In this document: piece by piece, positions 21,101-34,049 of the stretch | Layout of the letters: every line of letters begins with the position of its first letter | Position numbering within the stretch: position 1 is the first letter of the stretch | NCBI GenBank assembly: GCA_963924565.1 | Contig: OZ004609.1 | Location: forward strand, 21,266,001-21,330,000 | Reading direction: 5' to 3' | Origin: Ascidiella aspersa | Taxonomy: Eukaryota | DNA length: 64,000 bases | Program-made: the position numbers and the translations under genes | The notes under the pieces: generated by a model | Told to the model about the DNA's origin: nothing | What the model saw: the letters and a program-made list of their open reading frames with translations, nothing else | Database searches by the model: none

Positions 21101-24100
21101 TAGCCAGTACAGTACTTTCTATTCAACCTCATGCTTGCTGTCCTAACTCATACAATTTTAACAGCGAGAAAAACTGCTCCAGCTGCTAAGAAAAAGAAGC
21201 TTTTTAATAGCAAGCCATCTGAAGTAGAAGCAGTCCAACAGGAGAAAAAGACCAAAGTATTTCTTTTTTCTTTTTTCAAAATGACCTTAATGAAAGCCCT
21301 CTCGAGGAAGCTAAAAAATATTATGCTTAAAAAGGTTAGGCTTTTAAAAAATTCTTATAAAAGCAATTTGTTGTGTTTTGCGGATTGAAGAATGGTTGTA
21401 CAGTTTTTCTTAACCGACTCTTGTATGGTTTGTGAATTTACGATGTTTTTATTTTTAGATAGATGAGAAAAATGAACCAATGCCCAAAGAGGAAGATGTT
21501 ACAAATGATACAAAGAAAGAAGTTACTGGAGATAAATCTCCTAAAAAAGTAACTAAATCAATATCAACCAGTGATTCTGAAACAAACAAAGATACTACTT
21601 CACCAAGTAGTATTAAATCCAAGAAACAGTCATCCAAAGTCAAAAAGTCAGCTGAAAAGACAAAGAAGTCTATTAAAAAAACAGCAAGCAAATCTTCCTT
21701 GTCAAATAAAAGCAGTGATTCGGGGTCTGATAGTGGAGACAAGGAAATAAAGCCCGAAAAAAAATCACCATCAAAAGCGTAATAAGTTTACTTTTCTTTG
21801 GATTTGAGTGTTGGTCCAACAAATTATTTTATATAGTACAGTACACATTTAACTAGTACTGTTTTTTCTAATTACTTATCAACTTAAATTATATAGTTGC
21901 AGCTTTGTTGACTGAATGATAACATACAATACAAGTTATTTTTATAAGACCTTTATTGGAACTGCATACCCAGCCTGATTGGGCAATTACCTAATATTAC
22001 ATGTTTTATCCAATTAGAGCAAACAGCTTTTTTCAACCAAAAAGCCAAAGCAAGAATACATCTAAAAAGGAGGAAGCAAAAGTTTCTACAAAAACAGGAT
22101 ATAATCCTGGAGCAAAGAACTATCACCCAATTGATGATGCATGCTGGAAACAAGGACAAAAGTGTGTTTTACTGTTGATTAACACTATTTTTCACTACAT
22201 TTTACTTTTTTAACATATTTCAATAGAATCCCCTACATGGCACTTGCAACTACATTTAGTCTTATTGAAGAAATATCTGGAAGGTATTTACATATTAGTT
22301 GTTTTTGATATATTTTTAGAAAATGGTATTGTCCTTCTAACTTTACAAAAAAGTTTACAAAAGTTTAAACTGTTTCTAGGTTGCGAACCATTGAAATTTT
22401 GTCCAATTTTCTTCGAAGCGTGATTGCTTTGTCACCAAATGAGCTATCAACCTGTGTTTACCTAAGTTTAAATAAACTTGGCCCTGCTTATGAAGGTGTG
22501 GAACTTGGAATCGGTGAGTTAATTAAATATATATATATATATCTAGACATAATTGGTTTTGTATAAAAACAATGATATTAACTTATTATAATAGGTAAAG
22601 CTTAGCTGTATTTAAAAGAAAAATCAGCATTTTATTTTTAAGGTAACTTTAATGTTTGTATTCACAAAAATTTAAACTTGTTGCAGGAGAGAGTTTGTTG
22701 GTAAAAGCAGTTGCTGAAACAACAGGGCGAAATGTAGCCAAGATCAAAGCAGATGTTGCTAACACTGGGGACCTTGGTATTGTGGCAGAGGTGAAGATTT
22801 TAAGTCTATACAATTGGAAACATTTTTTAGACCAGTAGCCGGACTATTATAACTGTCATTTACTACACTACATGACAAAAATATAACTTATCAAAATACT
22901 TTATTATTTACTAAAACTAGGCTGTATCTATGTACGACGTTTGTCCTGCCCCATTTAGACCACGCAAATACAAAACAAGGAAGTGTGAACTTGGGAAGAT
23001 ATATTTAAAGCAGTTTCAACTTTTTTTCCCTCGCCTAACGCACCTGCCTCGTTTTGTCCCCCAGAACAGTCGCAGCAACCAACGTATGATGTTTACTCCC
23101 GCGCCGCTCACGTTAGACGGAGTGTTTAAAAAGCTCAAGCAAATATCAGCCATTACCGGCGGATCAGTAAGTGGGATTTTTTTTATTGCAGACAAAACAA
23201 TAGAACTTTTGGCAACCTTGCGTTTTGTTAAAAAAATGTTTTGTCATTATGGGTACTAATTGACAATGTGTTTTTACAAAATTTTGAGACCTTGTCAATA
23301 ATTTATTATTTATATTACCATTAAGCAAAATATTTCTTTGTGCAGTCGATGAGCCAGAAGGTCGAACTGGTGAAAAGTCTTCTGGTTGCATGTCAAAAAT
23401 GCGAGGCAAGATACCTTATCAGGTAAGCAGTCTGTTTATATTATTATTATTATGTGAAAAATAGTTACACAAATGTACTTTATATAAAATCGACATCTAT
23501 CGTAACACCAAACTCACCGTGATGTTCCATAGTTGCAGTGGCCACTTAAAAAGTTTTGAAAACTAGTCCCAACTTTTTTAGGTCGCTTGGAGGAAAGCTA
23601 AGGATAGGACTGGCCGAGCAATCCGTGCTTGTTGCTATTGGCAACGCCGCCTTCCTAACTCCTCCTGGGCAAGGTAATATTGTATTTGCTGTTTGGCAAA
23701 AAAATGAAACAGGGTGCCCCGAAATAACACGCTTTGTAAAAGAAGATAGTATAGAATTTTAATCTGCGTGGAAACGCTTCATAGGATCATATCACCTGAA
23801 CTCTAGCACAGATCAATTACAATTTTCTAGTGTAATAGGCCATAACACCCTTCAAGATAAATACTTTTTATGTAGTAGATCCTGGCAATTTGTATTAATG
23901 TTTGGTCATTTTAAATTAAAAAAGGCTTTTTTTTTCAGAATATTGTTGCTTCATTAGTCTTATATTTGGTATGGTGCATTGCAGTGTAACGAAAACCTAA
24001 AAAAAAAAAATTTTCGCAGACTTTCCACCAAACATTTTAAACGCCGGCCAAGGCATGTCTGCTGACAGTCTAAAGGCAAAAATGGACGAAAAGGCCCTTA

Positions 24101-27100
24101 TAGTGAAAACGACGTATTGGTAAGCAATTAGATTGGAGAATTTTCTATAGGTTGTGATGTGTTGCTCCTAAACGCGAAATAACACTTTATCTAATAGTAA
24201 TATTTATGTACGATGTTCTGACGTTTTAACTTGATACCTGTTTTCACATATAAAATGAAATAGTTACAAAACATATTTGCAATTTTAAACCACTTTATGA
24301 TGTTATAGACTGGAGTTTTTCAGAATGCAGCATACGTCAAGAACTCAATTTGAAAGCTGTTTTAAGGCGCTTTCTCAACTACTGTAGGTCGGCAATATAT
24401 GCCTTGCTTACATAGGCGCCGAACTTTCGAAATCCCAGGGCGTTTTTTGAAACAGCCTTCAAAAAGGGGAGTCCCGAAATTTCAACTTAGGGCGTTCCCC
24501 TAATTTTTTGTCTGCCTAATCAAAAATGACGTCGTGTGATTGCAATATGTTATTCGGCGTTTACAATTTAGGAAATAGGTTAACACTTGTATATTCTAGC
24601 CTCAGTAATTGGCTTCACGCATCTTTTATCACAGAAGATTTTTCACTAAACATAAATTTCGCATCAGCTTAAGCTTGACCTACGTTAGCGCGACCTGGTC
24701 ATAAAGTAGTGACGGGAATGACGTTACAAAATAGTAAAGAGAATGACGTCATAAAAAATACAACCAGACACAGCCAATAAACGTCCAGCAAAAGCGAACC
24801 TTTAAGACGTAAAGCGAACTCGTGCTTTGAAACCGCTCAGTGTGCAATCGTTTACATCAGGCGAGGAACTAGACCAAGACGCTAAGTACGTGTGATTGAT
24901 TTTGGAAGAATCATAATTCGACTATTAGCAGTGCAGTTTCCCAAGTTTCATGTAAGGGACCACGCTAAATTACAAGCTAGTCTTTCGCCACCTGCAAAAC
25001 GATATCATTTTTCCGGGTTGAATTATGCCACATCTGCGCCGAGTAGTATGTCAAGTTAGCTAAAATACAAGCTGCGGTTTAGAGAAAATAAGTTGTGTCA
25101 ATTGCACACCAAACACGTGGTCTTTGGATATGAAAATAATTTTGCGGCAACTATCATTACATAAAAAAGGCGACTTTGAAAAAAACATCCCGCGTTTACG
25201 GTCGACCACACAAGACACGAAAAACAGCGTTTTGTGGTTGATTTTGGTTTTGCATTAGATAAGACGTGTGCCCAATTACATTAAAAACATTGCCGCTTTG
25301 GACGGTGAGTTAAACCCTGACAAAAACAAACAAAAAACGATAATATCACTTGCGAAAATGAGGGGGGTGCCGAACCCCCAACCAGGCCGTCAATACGCCA
25401 CCGCTCATTACCAACAAAACGTAGCAGGTCTCCCTAACCGATTTTGCGATTCCGTATATATATGTTTAAAACATCCGTTAAGTCTCATGTAATTTTGTCA
25501 GAATTAATTGTACTTCAAGATAATGCGTGCTTTGTTCTGTATTAAAATGATGAAGGACGAAGGTTAGTAGCAATCTGCTTTGAGCAGTGTTCTTAACTTA
25601 TTATCCGCCATAGCAAACGTGCAGAAGGAGCGAGCGAAGCGAGGGCAAATTTTTTGGGCTATACCGATATTAAAGATTAAAGAGACTTGTTCGAGAGGAG
25701 TCGGCGTTATTGAACGAGGATTTTTGTATATATTTGGCGTTTAAAAGCTTATGTTCGGAATATTACGTCTATTTATCGATTTGAGTGACCAAACGTCTTA
25801 GCATTTTAAACACTAGGAATTATGACTCTAGACCAGTGGTTCTTAACCTTTTTTCTTTCGTGGCCCATTTTCGTTTCACATAAATTTTGTGGCCCAATAA
25901 TTTTTTATGAAAAAACAAACTATAAAAAAGGTTTAGAACAAAAAATAGTGGAGCATATATCAAAACAGATTATTATTTATTCAACCGTGCATTAGTGAGG
26001 TACTTGCTTCTGAACAATAAATTTACGTTTCATTTACATCCCTAGCCATTATTCCTGTAAAATTAGGTATAGTGACACAAATGAAACTAAATTCTTCAAT
26101 AAATCTAGCTTTTTTTAATTTTTCTGTGGTCCACCTAAAAAGCTTCCATGGCCCACCAGTGAGCCATGGCCCACTGGTTGAGAACCGCTGCTCTAGACAA
26201 AGCAATATGTTATTCGGCGTTTACAATTTAGGAAATAGGTTAACACTTGTATATTTTAGCCTCAGTAATTGGCTTCACGCATCTTTTATCACAGAAGATT
26301 TTTCGCTAAACATAAATTTCGCATCAGCTTAAGCTTGACCTACGTTAACGCGACCTGGTATTTCGTATTTTCAGCGCCGCTTCGGTTTATTAGGTGCGAA
26401 AACGAACACTTTCGCATATGGTGTTTCTCCCCATGTAATTCAGGAAAGTCGCGCATACTGTTAGTGAACCACGATTGTGCTTCTAGCAGTGTCCATTGCG
26501 CTAGCTTTGATATATGGTTCACATAAGTGGAGTTGCACACTAATTGCGCCTGAAACCAGGTCGAATTTCAGGGCGTTTTGACGCCCTGCAAGAAATCCAG
26601 GGCGTCAAAAAACGCTCTGCACACCCACGTTCGGCGCCTATACTTGCTTACCATGTTTCGCGTATTTTAGCGAACTACCAAACTACGATGTAATCATCAG
26701 TAAAATGACCGAGCATGGAATCGACGCACTTCCCCAGCATTGCAAACTCACTCCAGGTGACCCACTTTCTAATTTCGTTTAAAAAATAAAAATACATTGA
26801 GCTTTGATTGTTTTCAAACGTACTCTTTTTTTTGGCGAAAAAACAAACACCACACTTCGAAGTAAGGTCCCGGTCTGAGTGTTACTTAGCTGGTGTTCAC
26901 TGTTCTCTGATGACATTATTACTTTGTGTCATGTTGCTTATATTTCGGCACTCAAGTCAAAATAATGGCCTAAACCCACTAGCATTGATACTAAAGAAAC
27001 TTAGCATCTAAAAATTAAGAAACAATCCTTTTTCATATATAAAGATATAGATAGCAGAAAAGTGTCATTTTTATCAAAACGACAGGAATTCCTCTCAAAC

Positions 27101-30100
27101 CAATGCTGGCTCACCCGACCAAGGGGGTGTCCGAGGTGCTGAGCAGATTCGAGAAAAGCGCATTCACGTGCGAATACAAGTACGACGGCGAGAGAGCGCA
27201 AATCCACGTCCTGGAAAGTGGCGAGGTAGTGTACTTGTATTTAAGGAATTTGAAGTTCTAGTGGTTCAACTCATTACTAGTCCTACACTAGGTGGGTGCC
27301 ACCGATCCGACGGATTTTACCCACGGAAGGCGATTAAACGCAACGTATACGCTAAGTCAGTCGTTCTTTGACGTTTTTTTATATTTCTCCCTTACAAATC
27401 CAAATACTGTCAATTCCTCTGCAGTAAAATACACAAAACTATTCCACTTTTCTTTAGTTTCGATGAACCCTGCTGACAGAAAACCAAACCTACAAACCTA
27501 CAGTGAAACAGACACCAATTTTTTTTTTAATTTTGAAAATATTGCATGTAAAACGACAAGAAACACATATGCGCCAAATAAAGACTGACCCAAGTGAAGA
27601 AAAAAGTTAAACGAGATTTTTTTATGCATTTAAATGCCCAGTTTTATCTCCTTATCTTAGTATAAAGTGGTTTTACAGTCTTAACAAATGTGTTAACCGC
27701 ATTGAAGCAGTACTTCGATAAATTTTTTACTTGCTGTACATTAACGGGTCTTTTTTTAACAATTTTTAGCAGGACACTTATAAATTTAAACGTTTTTTGT
27801 TTCCTTATTACCAAATTTTGCGGTTTTACGGTCTTTGTGAAAAGTCTAAAGACGCTTCAAATTCTGGGTGTTTTGCGTTGGTTACCCAAACCATGGCGGA
27901 TCAGATGACATTGCGTGTTTTAACGAAATGGCATTTAGAAAATGAAATCCGAAAGTGTTATCTTGTACTTTATGCAAAATGAAAAAATGTATCAAAAATA
28001 TGTAAGGTTTCGAAAAGTAAAAAAGTATTTGTGAAAGTTAAGGTTTACTTGAGCACTGAGCAGGCATTAGGACCAGAAAACATTTAAAGCTGTGCGCCAT
28101 TCAAAAGGTAACCCAAAGAATAAATCAGGTTGATCCCTGTCAGGTAATTATTACTCGGTATTGGGACTGCACATCATTTAATAATGTTTTTCTACAAAAA
28201 ACGAAAACGCTTGGTGCTACTTAAATTCTTCAAAAGTTTATCGATTATTTTTTTTACTTTTGATGCTTTAGTTTAGCTCTTAATGCGTTACTATGACGTG
28301 CTTGCTCTTTATACTAAATACAGGTGAAAATATACAGTCGAAACCAGGAGGATAACACAACCAAGTATCCAGATATCGTGGCTCGCATTCCTTCAGTAAG
28401 TTATATTTTATCGTCACTCTTGCGTACAAACTTCGACACTCAAGAAGTTACATAAAATGCTATTTTGCTTTCTAAATCTAACCTCTAAACTTTGTTGATT
28501 ATGATTTACGTTTTGATTTCTTTTTTGTTGATTAATTGCAAACTTTTTGCGTCAGGCTCTTGGCGATGATGTCAAATCTTGCGTCATCGATTCGGAAGCA
28601 GTCGCCTGGGACCCGGAAAAGAAGCGAATCCTCCCATTTCAGGTATTCGACGAATGGAAACTGAAATCCATGTTATCGCTTAACGTGAAACTCCACTCTG
28701 TTACTGGGGTTGCTTATGGTTAATTAAATATAAGTAACGCAGTAGAATGTTTCCATAATTTTAATCAAAAGCAACAAATCTTTTTCATATGTTTATCAAA
28801 TCTTATGCAAGACCGCGTTTTAAAACTTGAAAGCACTGAAAATGACTGTTAGCAATGCTGCAAGTAATATTCTACAGAGTTATAAATTATTAAATTCTCG
28901 TTGAACATATGTAAATTGAGCGACAAAAAAAATGTTTTTAGGTTCTCACAACGCGAAAGAGAAAGGACGCCGATGTGTCATCTATAAAAGTCCATGTTTG
29001 CATCTACGCCTTTGATCTTTTATATCTGAATGGAGAGGCGAGTAAAGCAAGATCTCTGCAAAATCGATCAACATATCTTCTCAACACAAACCATGCTGTC
29101 CGCCACTTTAAAATTTATTGCTTAACTAATTTGTATTTTTAGATTTTATTTTGTCAAGTCGAGTAACTTAAGAATATTGCCTTTCCTTCACAACAAAAAT
29201 AAAAGTTCGTAAAAACAAACAATTCAGGTTTATAAGGCGTTTCATAACATTTGTTAATTCGTTTTAATGGTCACCGGGTGTCATGAGCGAGGACTGAATA
29301 GTTTAAGCACTAAGCAGTTAAACAAAACTTTTAATACATAACCTACATTTTATTAACATCAGAACTTATATACATATTACCATAAAAAATATTGCTTGTC
29401 CCCCTAAGTGGCGTTGACTATTTTACTTGTACCTCAAGTAGCCATAGAATTAACGACATGATTACGATTGCAGTCCCTGGTCCGCCAGCCGTTTAGGAAG
29501 CGACGCCAACTGCTGTTGGACAACCTTAAAGAAGTCGAAGGACAGCTCGTGTTCGCCAAACACCGCGACACCAACGATACAGAAGAGATCGCCGAGTTTC
29601 TCGAAGATTCTGTACAGGGTTAGTTTTCATAGAGTGGTGTTGAATAGTAACAAACATTGGCAAACATTGGTATTTGATAAGTAGGGTAGTAACGACTTAT
29701 ACTCGCCTCGGCTTCGGGGACTTGTTTAGGGGATCTTGTTTAGTGTTAGAGAAATCAGGTGGCACTGTATAAAGATAAAGAAGATTGTATTTGATTCTTC
29801 ATCAGGTCAAAGTATAAATGAAAACAATTAAAATGAACGTAAAAGCACAGGCGCAAGTAAAAGGCGATAAGAATGTGCGAAGGCTTGTCGAGAATCAAAT
29901 ACAATTTGTCTTTATACAGTGCCACCTGATTTCTCTATTTAGAATTAGGACAAATACGGCCATATACAATGTTTAGTATTAGTAATCTCTTTAAATGTCG
30001 ATTTTCGCTTTTATTTTTTTTTTTAATTTTGCTTTTACTAAAACTAAAATTAAATAAGGTATCACACGTTTACTTTTTTATTGGTCAACAATCCCATATT

Positions 30101-32953
30101 TTCTCGCTGTAATGCAGCTAAACTAAAAAAATACCACACCTCTAGAAAGAATTGTCTCCTCGACAAGAGTAAAGTAAAACTTGTGTTTCATTTTTTTGTG
30201 TTATCTCCAGGAAATTGCGAAGGTCTGATGGTCAAAACCCTGGACATAGATGCAACTTACGAAATAGCCAAACGGTCGCACAACTGGCTAAAAGTCAAAA
30301 AGGTATCGCTTGAACAAGAAATGTATTTATTGGAGAATTGCGACACACAGGCTGTGTTGCTCATAACGACGCTTAAAAGGACTGCGACTGTAACAAGTAT
30401 CAACCTACTGTCTTCTAAAATAAGAAAACTTTTTTTACTGATAAATGGTTGGAGTGAACTGCCTTCACCATGATTCGCTCCACACTGTGTTTCGCCATTT
30501 TTGGACATACAGCATTTTTTAAACAAACTGCATCACCGAGGCAATTAACGCAATAGCCCTGGAAAAGAACGCAGCGGCAATCAGACTTAAAAAACAAGAT
30601 AATTCTAGTTGCCTAGTTCAACGAATGAGAGTGACATGCTGGTAATTTTTACTAGTTTGTGCTGATGTACCCCAACTCAGTTCTAATCTAATTTTTGACG
30701 GTCTTGCTTCACGCTTACAGTACTGCTTAACAGCACTTTCCCTTGTGGAAATAAAATACAACATGTTACCACAGGACTACCTGGAGGGCATGGGTGACAC
30801 TCTTGATCTTGTGGTAATTGGAGGTTACCGGGGCAAGGGCAAGAGGGTCGGCACCTACGGAGGATTTCTTCTCGCCTGTTACGACGAAGAGAGCGAGGAA
30901 TACCAGAGCATTTGCAAGGTGAATTTACCAAACTTTTTTTTGTTTAATTAGAGCCTATATTAAAAAACGAATTCAATTAGGTAGCAAACATAGTTCCCTT
31001 CGTAATACTAAACTTTGACGCCACGTCTATAAACTTAAATCTTGTCTAAAAACTTTTTTTTTTGGTAATAAATATAAACTACCAAGCCATGTCAACTAGT
31101 TCGATATATATCTTTCTAGATTCATTTTGGCGAAAGAAACGTTAGTTTCTTAGTTTCTATTCACGTTTTGCAGATTTATGTAATTAATTATATAATTTAA
31201 TATATTTCGGAAAAGTGCCTTAACGAAACTCGTGCTAATTATCAATTTGAAAGCGTGTTTTACTTTAATACTTTGATGTAAAAGTGTAAAGAAAATTGGG
31301 CCCACCTAAATGTATAAATAAATGGCCTTGTCGATCGTCCTATTTAAAATTTTTAAGAACTGAATTTACATTTACGTCACACGACCTATTTTGAGAGCAT
31401 GCAGAGCGTTAAAACGCGTGAATAAACATAACGAACAAAGTTATTTGCTAAGCGGTTCGCCTAAAGGGCACCACGTTGTGTATAATTTCACGTTTGCCTT
31501 TGCTTACAACCATGCAATGTTAAATCCATTTGTAGATTTGTTTATTATGTTTATGTTTCGCAAACATTTTTTGTCTAAATAACCTAATTTAACTTGCAGA
31601 TTGGAACAGGATTCACAGACCAAAGTCTAGCCGAGCATGCGACTTTCTTCAAAGAACATTTGATCGATCAACCAAAATCGTATTACAGGTCTCGTAGATT
31701 TTATAAAAGAAAAATTTCAGTTTTATAAATATATAAATATTATAAAATTTCTTGACAAATTGGAAGTGCAAAATATTAAACACAAAGAATATTTAGCACC
31801 ATGTTTAAACCTTCAAATACAGTTTGACTTGTGTAAGCTATAAACTAGTCGCAATTCAACAGGATTTAAAGTGGGACAGATTGAACTTTTGTCTATGACG
31901 CAACAATTTAAGACTTATATTTTTACGTCTCCCTAATTCGGGTTACATCTTGAACTTATTAAAGACAGTTTTTGTTTTAATGCCTTTGAATTTTCTGCGG
32001 TGTTTCTGACATGATGTTTAATATGAATTACCGCAGGCTAAATGACAGCCAAGCTGACCAGTGGTTCGAGCCAGTTCAAGTGTGGGAAGTTAAAGCGGCC
32101 GATTTGTCGGTATCTCCGGTTTACGCGGCAGCAAACGGCATCGTAAGTGGCAGCTCCCTGCCAAAACCACACGTTGCTTGTGACCTAATTAACTTTGGTG
32201 GTTTGTCGATTCCTGGCAATGTTGTCTGACGCGTTTCTCATCTTGGTGGTTAATTTTAATCAATCGATTTCAAGCAGTATCGGATTCTCTAATATAAGCC
32301 GTAGGGGATAGTAATGAAATTGTCAAATTAATGGTGTCATAAAGATAGCCGAGTATAAAACTGGCCTAGAACTTATGGGTTTTTTTGCCAGAACTCTTAA
32401 ATCGGTTTGAAGTACATTTACATAATTCGGGAGAAACTTACCCGACAAAACAACTTAAAAACTATAACTGTAAATCTACTTGCCAAATGTTTACATTGGG
32501 AGTAAAAATGCTGTTTGCTGGCTTTATTGTAGGTTGACCCACAAAAGGGTATTTCTCTGCGCTTTCCGCGATTCATTCGAATAAGGGATGACAAGAAAAC
32601 CGAACAAGCAACCAGCAGCATTCAGGTAAAGAGTGGAACTTTAAAAACTCCGTGATTTGCTTCTCTTTCATTGCTATTAGGGTGTGACATCCAACGACTA
32701 GAAGGCACTTTTGTTTTACAATTAAAAGGCAATGCCATTAAAATTTATATTTGTCATAATAACCTGTCATGTTATTCAGTTACCTATCTTTCCATATATA
32801 TATATATTAAACAATGTAACAAATAAAACGATGTACAATTAAGTGAAGGATTTTTTTGTATTACATTAGGTGGCAGAGATGTATCAAACACAACAACAAA
32901 TACAGAACCAACTGAAAGACAAGGAATCAAACAAAGATACTGATTTTTATTGA
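18124..32953 (+). CDS. LIG1: DNA ligase I, complete, 25 coding exons; alternative starts 18124 (extended form) and 18301 (PIP-box form)
   Basis: Frame-consistent exons 18124-18320, 18455-18716, 20954-21029, 21165-21256, 21459-21778, 22018-22161, 22227-22283, 22380-22513, 22687-22790, 23065-23166, 23346-23422, 23582-23673, 24020-24119, 26671-26756, 27086-27225, 28324-28395, 28556-28642, 28942-29037, 29474-29618, 30211-30302, 30775-30918, 31600-31688, 32037-32142, 32533-32625, 32870-32953 (TGA). Motifs: PIP box [20 protein letters not shown], active site [43 protein letters not shown]. Confidence 0.97.
18776..20641. mobile_element. Foldback element with ~780-bp terminal inverted arms (non-autonomous, Sola2-like by termini/TSD)
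   Basis: GGGCCATTCC...GGAATGGCCC termini; arms ~18776-19565 and ~19867-20641 are near-identical reverse complements; 4-bp TSD ATAC (18772-18775, 20642-20645); ~300-bp spacer; no transposase ORF. Confidence 0.9.
24411..26642. mobile_element. Composite non-autonomous hAT-like element in LIG1 intron
   Basis: TIR CATAGGCGCCGAAC / GTTCGGCGCCTATA; perfect TSD CTTGCTTA (24403-24410, 26643-26650); contains reversed family A core, a ~157-bp internal direct repeat (24542-24698, 26202-26359) and a nested MITE. Confidence 0.85.
25834..26190. mobile_element. Nested hAT/Charlie-type MITE
   Basis: TIR CAGTGGTTCTTAACC / GGTTGAGAACCGCTG; perfect TSD CTCTAGAC (25826-25833, 26191-26198), matching the NTCTAGAN Charlie target preference. 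Confidence 0.9.
29747..29937. mobile_element. Small MITE / hairpin, ~190 bp
   Basis: Perfect 29-bp inverted repeat TAGAGAAATCAGGTGGCACTGTATAAAGA, extended imperfectly by ATTGTATTTGATTCT. Confidence 0.75.
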
Positions 32954-33256
32954 GTGTTTGCCAAACACAGTTTAATCAATTGCACAATTGGTAACATAAA
33001 TAAGCTTACTCATGTTGATGTCTTTTTGACAAAAGTATTTTGTGGCAAATCATAAGATGTGAATATAAATATATTTACAGTTGTATTGCCAAACTTTTGA
33101 CATGTTTTTATCAAAGTAAAACAAACTTGGCATTTATTGAAACTGCAGGTTTCTGATTACCTCTATCATGGTTTGGTCTATTTATTATAAAGACCATTCA
33201 ACATAAAAATGCAAACAGAGCTTATACTGTTACTGTATTAAACAGTTTATTTATAT

Positions 33257-33904
33257 CAGGGGTTGGGAACTTTTTTACCTAAGGGAGCCGTAAAAGCCAA
33301 ATATTCTTGGTTGTATTTCCAAGAGAGCCATATAATTTTTTTATCTAGTTAAAATGTTGGAAGAAATAGCAATCTGAACAGCGCCCTTTATAATAAAGAC
33401 CAATCAACATAAAAATGCAAACAGAGCTTCTACTGTTACTGTATTAAACAGTTTATGTATAAAAGTAAGGGAGCCGTAAAAGCCAAATATTCTTGGTTGT
33501 ATTTTCAAGAGAGCCATATAATTTTTTTCATCTAGTTAAAATGTTGGAAGAAATAGCAATCTGAACAGGGACCTTTATTTTGTTCTGATTTAAAGACATC
33601 CCATACAAAGCACGAAAAAATCAATTAGCAATGTTTGCACAACTTTCATTACGGAGCCCCGACGGAAGAGGAATGCCTTTTGGATATAAAGAGATTCCAT
33701 CAAACGGGATAAAAGTCCCGAAAATACAAATAGAATTGGTGCGAATTGTCAAAAATGTACTACTATGTGTGTTAAAAAAGGAAAAATAGAGTTAGAAAAG
33801 CGTACATGGCTAGGTGGTAAATGAAAGCTTGGATTTATCTGCAGACAATATATTCTGTCATCAAAAAATCCATATATGGCTCCTGTGTAGGTTCCCGACC
33901 CCTG
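33257..33904. mobile_element. hAT-type MITE between convergent LIG1 and UCP4-like 3' ends
   Basis: TIR CAGGGGTTGGGAAC / GTTCCCGACCCCTG; TSD ATTTATAT vs ATTTAAAT (7/8). Confidence 0.75.
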
Positions 33905-34049
33905 ATTTAAATAGTGGAACACAAAACAGTGGAACGAAGCGGACCCTTTATGAATGTTGATAATCTGGATCAAGTAACAGTATAGTGGTTTTGAGGTAAT
34001 ATAAAAAGTAAAAGCGAATAAAGAATTTTGTCTAAATGGTACATAAAAT

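Noticed and set aside
21455-21742. Antisense ORFs over LIG1 low-complexity exons (also 18518-18787)
   Set aside because: Mirror of Lys/Ser/Glu-rich sense codons.
27290-27912. Possible degenerate MITE (TGCCACCGATCCG ... CGGATCAGATGACA); similar fragments at 17117-17530, 38020-38120, 42181-42232, 43684-43750
   Set aside because: Ends too decayed or unpaired and no TSD identifiable, so boundaries cannot be supported.
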